Positions 1 through 9,967 of a stretch of 46,964 nt of DNA are shown here, piece after piece. Each line of letters begins with the position of its first letter. Position 1 is the stretch's first letter. This stretch comes from Welwitschia mirabilis (lineage: Eukaryota), in contig JBOZIK010000001.1 in assembly GCA_051453625.1 (NCBI GenBank), forward strand, positions 24,139,572 through 24,186,535, read 5' to 3'. The notes beneath the pieces were generated by a model, which worked only from the letters and a program-made list of their open reading frames with translations, was not told where the DNA came from and did not search any database. The position numbers and the translations under genes are program-made.

Positions 1-862
1 TGTTATGATACAGTTTAATACCAACTAGATAATTATGCTTCTACTTTATGTTAGGGGCTATAACCAAAAAAATCCCTCATCATTCTCAGTGTAAGATTTC
101 ATGACCCCCCGAAAAGGGAATGATAGAAACACACTTAACACACGTAAAAATGTAACAATAACCCAGATAAGGATATAAGGCAACTTTGGCACACCATGGA
201 GGTTTACCACAAGAACTAATTGTGTTAGATATCTCTAATGGTAAAGGGGCACTCTGCATCCCACTATTATTGCACTAATGAGACTATTGTGCCACTTGAT
301 TTAGCATGTGTTTAACGCCATCCGACAATCCCAGGCATCGTAACTAGTGAAGACAACGTTAGAGAGAAGAAGAACATTTGAGAGAGAAATAGAGAGAGAA
401 AGATTGCAAACTGCTTCAAATCCTTTTGAGTCCATGTAAAGGCTTAAACATTCTTGGTTAACACATCAACAACTTGAGCTTCTTCATATTGAGATTAAGT
501 TGACAATATGATTAGAGGTTTCCTAGGTTCATCATGGACAAAGTTGTGCTTACAGTCGCCAATTAATACCTAAGGAACAACAAAAATCAGCTAGGTAGAA
601 TCCTTTGTCAATTTGAAGCACAAGGTCTTTAATAATCCCTACTAGTTTAGTAGTTGAAGTATCAACTATTTCAAGAATGATATCAATAGGTTGGATTCAT
701 CCTTCTAATTGTAATCACTAGGCAATATAAAGAGGCATGACATTAACTCTTGCTCCTAGATCAATTAGACATTCCCTCACCTTTTTGCTTCCTTCTAGAA
801 TTACACTTACAACAATAGCTCCTAGATCTTTATGTTCATATGTGAAGCCAAATTTATTATTT

Positions 863-1260
863 TGTAATGTCCCCAATATCATGTTTTACGTTGGCCCTAG
901 TTTCATATTGTAAAAGAAGGTTTCTATTGTAAAGATGGGACGTGTCAAGAGAGGGATGACACCCTCTTTAGGGTTTTGGCCTATAGCCCTAATTGGCTGT
1001 AACCTTGGCCTATTAAATTGTGGTGTGAGCATTGTTTGAAATATACGATAGTTGACAAAGTTCTACGAGGCATTCCTGCCTAAAGCTTGTTCTTGGCTTG
1101 AAGCTTGTTCTTAGCTTGTAATCTTTAAAAAGACCATGGAGCTTTGCATTGCTTTCTCATGGTTTTTCCCCCTCATTGGGGTTTTTCACATAGATTGTTG
1201 TGTCTATGTGTTCTCTTAATGCTCTCTTGAATCACGTTGTTCTTGTATATTTTCGTAACA
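863..1260 (+). repeat. 5' LTR of Ty1/copia element A (start uncertain)
   Basis: Ends ...TCGTAACA at 1260, directly before a PBS. Has a copia-type U5 stretch (TGGTTTTTCCCC...GGGGTTTTTCACAT) and TATA-like CTATTAAA at ~1010. TG start at 863 or 909 is only a guess. Confidence 0.55.
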
Positions 1261-1262
1261 CT

Positions 1263-1274
1263 TGGTATCAGAAC
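1263..1274 (+). promoter_or_regulatory. Primer-binding site (tRNA-iMet), element A
   Basis: TGGTATCAGAAC, one mismatch from canonical TGGTATCAGAGC, 2 nt after the LTR end. Confidence 0.8.
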
Positions 1275-1354
1275 ACTATGTTTGGAGTTCACAAGCTTTA
1301 GCGATAAGCTTTGTGTCTATACAACGCATTTGTTATCAGTCCGTACAACCACAC

Positions 1355-1670
1355 AGTTAAATGACAAGGGAGCATTTGCAAACAAGCAACTAACTAATCG
1401 GAGCTGAGAACTGGGGTTCATGGAAGATTCTGATGAAAGGCATCCTTTGTCAAAAGGAATGTGACGTTGTGCTAAAGACGGAAGCACATGCGAATGCAGC
1501 ATCTAGACTTTCTGACGCAGAATGGCTGAAGAAATACCCTAATGAAGAGTGGAAGAAACTTGACAGAAGGGCGTTTGCGTTGATTCAACTGTGCCTTAGC
1601 AACAAGATTCTTCAATCCCATAGCAACATTTCTACAATAGTTGAACGGTGGCAAATTTTGATGCAAAGGT
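1355..1670 (+). pseudogene. gag: Copia gag N-terminus (element A), truncated by insertion at 1671
   Basis: MKGILCQKEC...EEWKKLDRRAFALIQLCLSNKILQ matches the copia gag N-terminal pattern (WxxLDxxAxxxIxLxLS). The ORF runs into another element's LTR at 1671. Confidence 0.75.
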
Positions 1671-3146
1671 TGTTAAATTATGTTTTGCCAATTGATGTTA
1701 AACTAATGTTTTCTGTATAGCAAATTTTGTGTATCTTGTACAGAAGATGTTAATTATTTGCAAGTTGAAAGATGGAACCAAAACCATTGAATTCTAAGCA
1801 CTAAGAACCTGTCAGCTCTTTTACCCTCTTAAGGGGTCGACCAGACTTTCAAGGGGTCAACCGCACCTGAAGCAAACAGACAAAATGAACTACATCAAGA
1901 GGGGTCAACTGGATTTATGATGAGGTCAACCGGACCTGTAACCCCGAGAACCTGAGTCCCTAAACCAAATGGAAAGGGGTCGACCGGGTCCTTATGGGGT
2001 CGACCGAATTTGAGGACTTGATAAACAGTACTCCTGAACTGATTGTCAAGGGGTCGACCAGACCTATGATGGGGTCAACCGGACCTGAGCACTGCGCAGC
2101 TGATACTTCTAAGCCTATCGTCTTGAGGTCGATCGGACACCTTAAGGGGTTGACCGAACCTGATGCTGGAAACTGGAAAGAATTTTATCAGGATGAGCGG
2201 GCGATCGAATCATGTAGCGTGCGACCGGACTGGGGTCGACCGGACAGGGAGTCGTAAGAAGCTGGGGCAACCGAAATTCTCACTCGAGCGACCTGCGTAA
2301 GTCACGGCACCAAATGGGGTCAACCGGACTTTTAAGGGGTCTACCGGACAGAGCGGAAGTAAAATTTTCTAGTCATTATGTAATCGTTGTCGTTGGGTAG
2401 CCATGTTCTAGCCATTTATAGCCGTTAGAAGCGCATTTCAAATGTAATAAACCCTAAAATCCTTCTAATATAAATAGCCAAGAGATAGATGACTTTAGAA
2501 TCCTTTTTTGAAACTATATTCAATTGTGTCAATTTGTTGGATCTAAAGGATCGAGCACTGTAATATTGTGATATTCATTGTTGTATCTTGGCATCTGTAC
2601 TGCTGACCAAAGAAGATCTATCATCTGTATCATCTTTATATTCAAGGTCAGATCCTATGCTTCATCTATTTTATATTTATAGGAGAAGAGCTCCATCAAA
2701 TCTATTGCATCAAGAACGAGTGATATTTGTGCACAATAGGCATCATTACATCACTACTTTGCTTTGTGAAGGTTGAGACTAAGCCTTGAAAAGTCCGTTC
2801 AAAGGTTGAGACTAAGCCTTCAAAAGTCCGTTTGTAAAGGTTACAGGTGAACTTGGAAAACCTGGTGGAGTAACGAAGATCCGAGATCTAGCTTGGGGAA
2901 AAGCTGATTATCGAGAGTGGAGTAGAGGGTTTCCCGAACCACTATAAATCCTACATGCATCCATTTGGTATTTTTGTGCTTTTAGTTGTTATTTCTTTAC
3001 TTTTATTATTTTCTTATTCCATGCACATTTTGGATTAGTTAATTATTGTATGCAAGTTTTATTTAAGATTAGATTCATTTAGAATTTTGTGTTGCATATT
3101 TTTCAAAGAACCTATTCACCCCCCTCTAGGGTTCTCGATCTTATCA
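1671..3146 (+). repeat. 5' LTR of Sirevirus B (~1.48 kb)
   Basis: TGTT...TTATCA termini. Palindromic GGTCGACC repeat cluster at 1833-2350, TATAAATAG at 2469-2477, and the Sirevirus-type C-rich end motif CCTATTCACCCCCCTCTAGG at 3111-3130. Homologous to 7344-7398 and 9156-9967. Confidence 0.92.
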
Positions 3147-3148
3147 TT

Positions 3149-3160
3149 TGGTATTAGAGC
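3149..3160 (+). promoter_or_regulatory. PBS (tRNA-iMet), element B
   Basis: TGGTATTAGAGC (one C>T from TGGTATCAGAGC), 2 nt after the LTR end. Confidence 0.88.
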
Positions 3161-3250
3161 TAAGTTGAGTCTTCTTTAGATTTTAACCAATCTTGACTTT
3201 AGAACCCTAAAAAGAGTAATCCATTTAATGTTTTTTCCGTTGGTCATCAA

Positions 3251-5190
3251 CCTATGTTTGACGGGTCAAACTATGCTTACTAGAAAGCTAGGATGAGAAT
3301 ATTTCTTAGATCTTTAGATGCCAATATAAAGGAAGTCATCTACAAAGGTTACACTGTGCCTATGTTAACCCAAATTGATGTTAACGATAACACTATCCTA
3401 GTTCCCAAAGCCCAAGATCAATGGACCTCCACCGACAAGTCAAAAGCCACCATAGATGCCCATGCTCTTAATACCATATTTTGTGCAGTCTGTGTAGAGT
3501 TTAAACGTATAGTAAACTGTAATCATGCTAAGGAAGCTTGGGACATTCTTGAAGTAGCACACGAAGGAACCTCAACTGTGAAGCAAGCACAAACTTCATA
3601 TGCTTATTTCAAAATTTGAAGATATACATATGGACGAAGAAGAGACCTTGCAGGAATTCTTTGCTAAACTCACTGATATTGTAAACTCTATGGCAAGCCT
3701 TGGAGAACGCTTGGATGAAGGAAAGGTGGTAAGGAAAGTCTTGAAATCCATACCTAAAAGATTCGAACCAAAGGTCACAGCCATCGAGAAGAGCAAAAAC
3801 ATAAATGCAATGGCATTGGAAGAACTGAAGAACTACAAGGTAATTTGCAAACTATGAACTTAAATTTGTTAAAGATAAGAAGAACGGTATTGCTTTAAAA
3901 TGTGTGCATGAAGACTATGGATCTGAAAGATCAGATGAGGACTTGGACAATGATGAAGTGGCTCTTCTAGCCAGATGGTTCAGAAAGTTTCTTCATAGGA
4001 AAAAAGGAAGAGGAATCTAGTAGAAATTCAAAAAGAAGCCATCTAAAACACAGGAAGGTGCAAGAAAAAGGTAAAGAGATCCAATGCTACTCATGCAAAG
4101 GATTTGGTCAAATGGCAAATGAGTGCCCCAACACAAGGAGAGATAACAAGAAATCAAAGAATCCCGCTTTTATTGCCACATAAGACAATGATGATGATGA
4201 TGATGAAAGCTATTCTGATCAAGAATCAGACAAAGACAGAAGGTTATCTTTTATGACTATTGTACCAACCCTCAAAGATGTTTCTAGCACATCAGAGCCT
4301 GATGATTTGGACATGATCAATGAAGAAGAAAATGAGTTAGAAGATACATGTCAGGAGTTATATGATGAATGTGAAAAGCTAGCTACGAGGATAAACGATC
4401 TGAACAGAGTAGTGAAAACTCTCACCAAAAAGAAAAAGGAACTGGAAATGAAATGTAATGTGCTAAAATTCGACAACACCACTCTAATGTCTCAGGTAAA
4501 AGATCTTTTTTTTTTGGTAGATAAATTTTCTGGTATTCTTCTACATTGGAACAGATGCTTAGAGTGCGAAAACCTACTAGAGACAGATCAGGTATTGGCT
4601 TTAGTTCACAAAAATCACAGGACCAAGTAATCTGGAAGAGTAAGTATGCTTCTAAACTTTCATGTAATTCAAAGTTTTTTCGCAAAATTAGACAATTAAT
4701 GCTTTTCTCAGAATCTACAAATACTTTACCATTTAAATTTATTCCTAAGAGAAGTGTATCACATAAGTCTAACAAAACTAAGTGGATTAAAACTAATAAT
4801 CTTAAAAAATTTTAACACAGATAGCTCTTAGAGGATTAATTACAAATAGTTGGTATCTAGATAGTGCATGTTCAAGGCATATGTCTGAAGAAAGATCAAA
4901 CTTTTAGCATCTAAGAGGTACAAATGAAAGAGAAGTAATTTTTGAAAACAATGAAAAGCAAAGATAAAAGGTACAGAATGCATCAAGGGAGGAAAGTCAC
5001 CTAAACTTGATAATGTGCTTTATGTAAATGGTTTGAAAGATAATTTATTGAGCATTATTCAATTATGTGACAAAGACCAAAAAGTAATTTTTAAGAAATT
5101 GAAATGCAAAGTTATAGATGTGAAAACAAATGTTTCTAACTTTACTACAAAATGAGCAGATAATATCTATAAAATAGATACTTGTTTGAT
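3251..5190 (+). pseudogene. gag: Sirevirus gag-protease, broken by stops and frameshifts
   Basis: PMFDGSNYAY*KARMRIFL; AKEAWDILEVAHEGT; KVLKSIPKRFEPKVTAIE (UBN2-type gag); zinc knuckle CYSCKGFGQMANEC at ~4085-4126; coiled-coil region; protease WYLDSACSRHMS at 4851-4886; NVLYVNGLKDNLLSIIQLCD. Confidence 0.9.
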
Positions 5191-5720
5191 CGATTAGTTA
5201 AATCATACGAACTACAATATGCAAAAAGAAAATATTAGTCTAACTTTTGAAAAATCTAAACATTTTCTAGAAAATTCTAATGTAACACCCTATTTTTGGA
5301 ATTTACTTATCAATTATAAAAACAAATTAGAGGTTCACTCACCGTTCTTTGGCTGATTACAGGGCGATTGACCAGATCTATGATTTAGCTGACCAGATGT
5401 AGTGAGTCAACTGACCTGAAAGCTCGGTCGCCCAGACCCCTTCTAATATTGTATACCCGCATCTTAACAGATCAACTAAAATATCTAACAGTCAACTAGA
5501 CCTGACGGATCACAGTGCAAAAGTACCATTAGTGGACCCAATTTATTTCTTCATTTTGCCTTATTTCGTATAGTCTATAAAATAAAGAGTATTCTAAACT
5601 GATTTTCTTATGTTCTAGTCTTCTCCATCTCTCAGATCTAGAGCTTCTTCTTCTAGATCCAGAGATTTTCTCTCAAATCTAATGCTTCTCTCTTAGTTTT
5701 CTTACTTTCAAAGCCTTAAA

Positions 5721-6765
5721 ATGGCTAAAAACTTGTTCAGAAGGAGAATGAAGAAAGCTTCTTTAAGGGATCCTGCTATTTTCTACCAAGGAATATTTGA
5801 GGAAGACATAGAGAAGTTATCAGAAAAGTTTGAGAAGAAACCGGTGTGCTAGGAGCATTCTGTAGCAAAATCAGAGCTTAGAGAGCTCAGGGAAGTCATT
5901 CAACTCCTGAGAAATTAAGATCTTAATTACTTTTTAGATGTTTCTGGATCTACTTATCCATTTCTCACTTGGATGTTTTATTGTAATGCTTCTTATGATC
6001 ATGACTCTAGAATCCTTAAAACCCTTATTTTGGGGAAGCAGCTGATAGCAACAATCAATCTCATTTCTGATATGACCGATCTTTGTAGGGATGACTATGA
6101 AGAGTTTTAGCCTCTTTGAGACACCATGGAAGATAAGCCTACTATTACTAGGGAGATCTGTGGTAAAGTGCACTCTTAGAAGCACACCTTTTCTAATTTA
6201 TTATTGACACCAAAGTATCTTTTTATTCACTTGATTTTTACTTATAACTTTTTATCTTTAGCTAGACATTGTGATGAAGCCTCCTACTATAGAGTCTATC
6301 TGATGTATTTAGTAGGGACTGAGCATTGTATTGATGCTCCTACTATTATACTAAAGAATATGCTCTCATAGCTAGAGTACCACAGGACTAGGAAATTACT
6401 CTACTCTATGCTTATCATAAGTTTGTTCCACCATTTTTGTATTACTTTTCATCTAAAACTGGAGACCCTTCAGCCTCTGGCACCTTGGGCATGAAACCTT
6501 ATCCTGTATGCATAGTTTTTCCCCCTCTAAAAAATCCTCAAAGTCTTCTTCTCCAAAGGAAGCCTCTCCTAATGAAACCCTTTCATATCTGAGATAGATT
6601 GATTCCCATATTAGACACATGAAGGAAGCACTCATAGCGACTAGTTATGATATTTTTGACACCTCAGCAGAGGCCACTAGCCTAGAACACATAGAAGATA
6701 ACAAAGAAGATTCAAAGGAAGACTCTGAAGAAGAAGAATAAGAAGAGGATAAGGAGTCTGATTAA
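5721..6765 (+). pseudogene. Sirevirus env-like ORF, copy 1 (putative plant transposon protein / Transposase_32-like), disrupted
   Basis: ATGGCT at 5721. YPFLTWMFYCNA, LILGKQL, IDAPTIILKN and LLYSMLI motifs, then an acidic tail ending TAA at 6763-6765. Lies between pol and the PPTs. Confidence 0.75.
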
Positions 6766-6820
6766 AATTTTCAAATTATGTTTTTCTTTACATTTGTATT
6801 CTCTCCTTTATCATTGATCT

Positions 6821-7343
6821 CAAAAGGGGGAGAATTAGTTGTTTATTGTTAGATGTTTTGTATATGCTTTCAAATGTATGCTCTTGATAAGAACTTTTTT
6901 ACTTTGTAATGTTTGCTTATATTCAATGAAATGCACTTATCTATTTTGCACAAAATTATGTTTCAATTGGTATCTTAAATCTTTTTGTTCTTTTACAAAT
7001 CATATATGCGTAACATGCTTATCTATTGGTATCATATGTGCTTAACTTGAAAAGTTTAAAGTCTTCTAACATTAGAAATAAATTCTAATATGTGACATCT
7101 AATTAAAATGTTAAATGATTCACATGATCACATTATGTTTATCATAAAGTTATGCCTTTAACCTTTCAAATGTGCATATTAAAATTTGTTCTATTTTAAG
7201 CACAAAATTTAATTGTTTAAAATGTCTTAACTTGTTTCAAAAGGAGTATTATTTTGTAGTAGGAATTTTTTAAGGGGGAGCTTTTCTAAGTTCTAATTTT
7301 TCACGACTAAGTATTGTTTGCCATCAATGTCAAAGGGGGAGAT
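6821..7343 (+). promoter_or_regulatory. Multiple polypurine tracts of Sirevirus B
   Basis: CAAAAGGGGGAGA (6821), TAAGGGGGAG (7271) and CAAAGGGGGAGAT (7331-7343), the last abutting the LTR TG. Confidence 0.88.
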
Positions 7344-7498
7344 TGTTAGATTATGTTTTTCCAATTGATGTCAAACTAATGTTTTCTATATAACAAATNN
7401 NNNNNNNNNNNNNNNNNNNNNNNNNNNNNNNNNNNNNNNNNNNNNNNNNNNNNNNNNNNNNNNNNNNNNNNNNNNNNNNNNNNNNNNNNNNNNNNNNN

Positions 7499-8579
7499 CC
7501 AATGTGCTAGGAGCGGTCTGTAGCAATTGCAGAGCTTAGAGAGCTCAAGGAAGTCATTCAACTCCTGAAAATTTAGGATCTTGATCACTTTTTAGATGTT
7601 TCTGGCTTTGCTTATCCATTTCTCACTCGGATGTTTTATTGTAATGCTTCTTATGATCATCACTCCAGAACCCTTGAAACCCTTTTCTTGGGAAAGCAGC
7701 TAAGAGTAACAGCCAATCTCATTTCTGAGCTGACGAATCTTCCTCAGGTGACTATGAAGAGTGTTGGCCTCTTCAAGACACNNNNNNNNNNNNNNNNNNN
7801 NNNNNNNNNNNNNNNNNNNNNNNNNNNNNNNNNNNNNNNNNNNNNNNNNNNNNNNNNNNNNNNNNNNNNNNNNNNNNNNNNTCTCATTTCTGAGCTGACT
7901 AATCTTCCTAAGGTGACTATGAAGAGTTTTGGCCTCTTCAAGACACCATGGAAGACAAGCCTGTCATTACCAGAGAGATCTGTGGTAAGGTGCACTCTTG
8001 AAAACACACCCTTTCTACTTCATTGTTGACACCAAAGTATCATTTTCTTCACTTGATTTTTACTTATAACTTCTTACCTTTAGTTGGACATCGTAATGAG
8101 GCCTCCTGCTATAGAGCCTATCTGATGTATTTGGCAGAGACTGAGCATTCTATTGATGTTCCTGCCATTATACTAAAGAATATAGTCTCACAATTAGAGT
8201 ACCACAGGACTAAGGCATTACCCTACTCTATGCTTATCACAAGTTTGTGTCGCCATTTTCGTGTTACTTTCATCCGAAACTGGAGACCCTCCAGCCTATG
8301 ACACCCATTGGACGTGCAACCTTATCCCATATGCACATTTTTGCCCCCTCTAAGAAATCCTCAAAGTATCTCTCTCCAAAGGAAGCCTCTCCTAATGAGA
8401 CCCTTTCATATCTTAGACGGATTGATTCTCGCACCAGACACATGAAGGAAGCACTCATAGCAGCTGGTTATGATATTGCTGATACCTCAGCAAAGGCCAC
8501 TAGCTCAGCACGCACAAGAGGTTATGAAGATGATTCAGAAGAAGCCTCTGAAGACAAAGAAGAGGAGGAGTCTTATTAA
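7499..8579 (+). pseudogene. Sirevirus env-like ORF, copy 2 (5' end in gap, better preserved)
   Basis: Colinear with 5841-6765. LTPKYHFLHLIFTYNFLPLVGHRNEASCYRAYLMY...SIDVPAIILKNI...ALPYSMLITSLCRHF, then acidic tail EDDSEEASEDKEEEESY. Confidence 0.78.
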
Positions 8580-9155
8580 AATTTTCAAATTATGCTTTGC
8601 TTTGTGTTTGTATTCTCTCCTTTGTCACTGATGTCAAAAGGAGGAGAATTAGTTGTTTATTGTCAGATGTTTTTCATATGCTTTCAGATGTATGCTCTTG
8701 ATGAGCACTTATACTTTGTAATGTTTGCTTATGTTTAATGAAATGCATTTATCTATTTTGCACAAAATTGTGTTTCAATTGGTATCTCAAATCTTTTTGT
8801 GCTTTTACAAATCATATATGCATAACATGCTTATCTATTGGTATCATATGTACTTCACTTGAAAAGTTTAAAGTCTTCTAACATTGGAAATAAATTCTAA
8901 TATGTGACATCTGATTAAAATGTTAAATGATTTAAATGATCACATTATGTTTATCATAAAGTTGTGCCTTTAACCTTTCAAATGTGGATATTAAAATTTG
9001 TTCCATTTCAAGCACAAAATTTGATTGTTTAAAATATCGTAACTTGTTTCAAAAGGAGTATTATTTTGTAATAGACATTTTATAAGGGAGAGCTTTTCTA
9101 AGTTCTAATTTTTCACAACTAAGTATTGTTTGCCATCAATGTCAAACGAGAAGAT

Positions 9156-9967
9156 TGTTAAATTATGTTTTGCCAATTGATGTCAAACTAATGTTTTCTG
9201 TATAGCAAATTTTGTGTTTCTTGTACAGAAGATGTTAATTACTTGCAGGTTGAAAGCTAAATCCAAAACCACTGAATTTTGAGCACTAGAAACCTGTCAG
9301 TTCTTTTACCCTCTTGAGGGGTCGACCAGACTTTCAAGGGGTCAAACGCACCTGAAGCAGACAGACAAAATGAACTGCATCCAGAGTGGTCGACCGGATT
9401 TATGATGAGGTTGACCAAACCTGTAGCCCTAAGAACCTGAGTTCCTGAACCGAATGGAAAGGGTTCGACGGGATCCTTATAAGGTCGACCGGATTTGAGG
9501 ACCTGATAAACAATACTCCTGAACTGATTGTGAAGGGGTCGACTGGACCTATGATAGGGTCGACCGGACCTGAGCACTGTACAGCTGATGTTTCTAAGTC
9601 GATCGTCCTAGGGTCGACCAGACCTGATGCTAGAAACTGGAAAGAATTTTATCAGGATGAGCGCGCGACCAGATCATGTAGTGTGCGACCGGACTAGGGT
9701 CGACTGGACCCAGATGGGGTCGACCGGACATGGAGCTGTAAGACATGGGGGCAACCAAAATTCTCACTCGGGCGACCTGCGTAAGTCACGGCACCAGATA
9801 GGGTCGACCGGACTTTTAAGGGGTCGACCAAATGGAGCAAAAGTAAAATTTTCTAGTTGTAATGTATCCGTTGTGTACCCGTTGGGTAGCTGTTTTCTAA
9901 CCGTTTATAGCCGTTGGAAGCGCATTTCAAATGTAATAAACCCTAAAAATTTTACAATATAAATAGC
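9156..9967 (+). repeat. 3' LTR (U3 part only) of the second Sirevirus copy, truncated just after the TATA box
   Basis: Aligns with 1671-2478 from TGTTAAATTATG to TATAAATAGC, then homology stops. Preceded by a decayed PPT (AAACGAGAAGAT). Confidence 0.9.

Larger units (their letters stand above)
1671..7398 (+). mobile_element. Sirevirus (SIRE/Maximus Ty1/copia) element B, non-autonomous: LTR-PBS-gag-PR-env-like-PPTs-start of 3' LTR
   Basis: 5' LTR 1671-3146 and PBS 3149-3160. Gag/PR relics, env-like ORF and three GGGGGAG PPTs follow. The 3' LTR starts at 7344 (TGTTAGATTATG..., matching 1671) and is cut by the N gap at 7399. Confidence 0.88.

Noticed and set aside
1666-1670. TSD AAGGT for the Sirevirus insertion
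   Set aside because: Cannot be verified because both downstream LTR copies lack their 3' ends.
1994-2257. ORFs with GST repeats (also 9257-9577, 9627-9962)
   Set aside because: Chance frames through the GC-rich GGGTCGACC LTR motifs, not conserved as ORFs between LTR copies.
1833-2350. Regularly spaced palindromic repeats resembling a CRISPR array
   Set aside because: Repeats are ~12 nt and degenerate, lie inside a plant LTR duplicated at 9156, and there are no cas genes.
7717-7945. Apparent ~65 bp direct repeat in env-like copy 2
   Set aside because: The two copies flank a 100-N gap. Most likely overlapping contig ends (assembly artefact).
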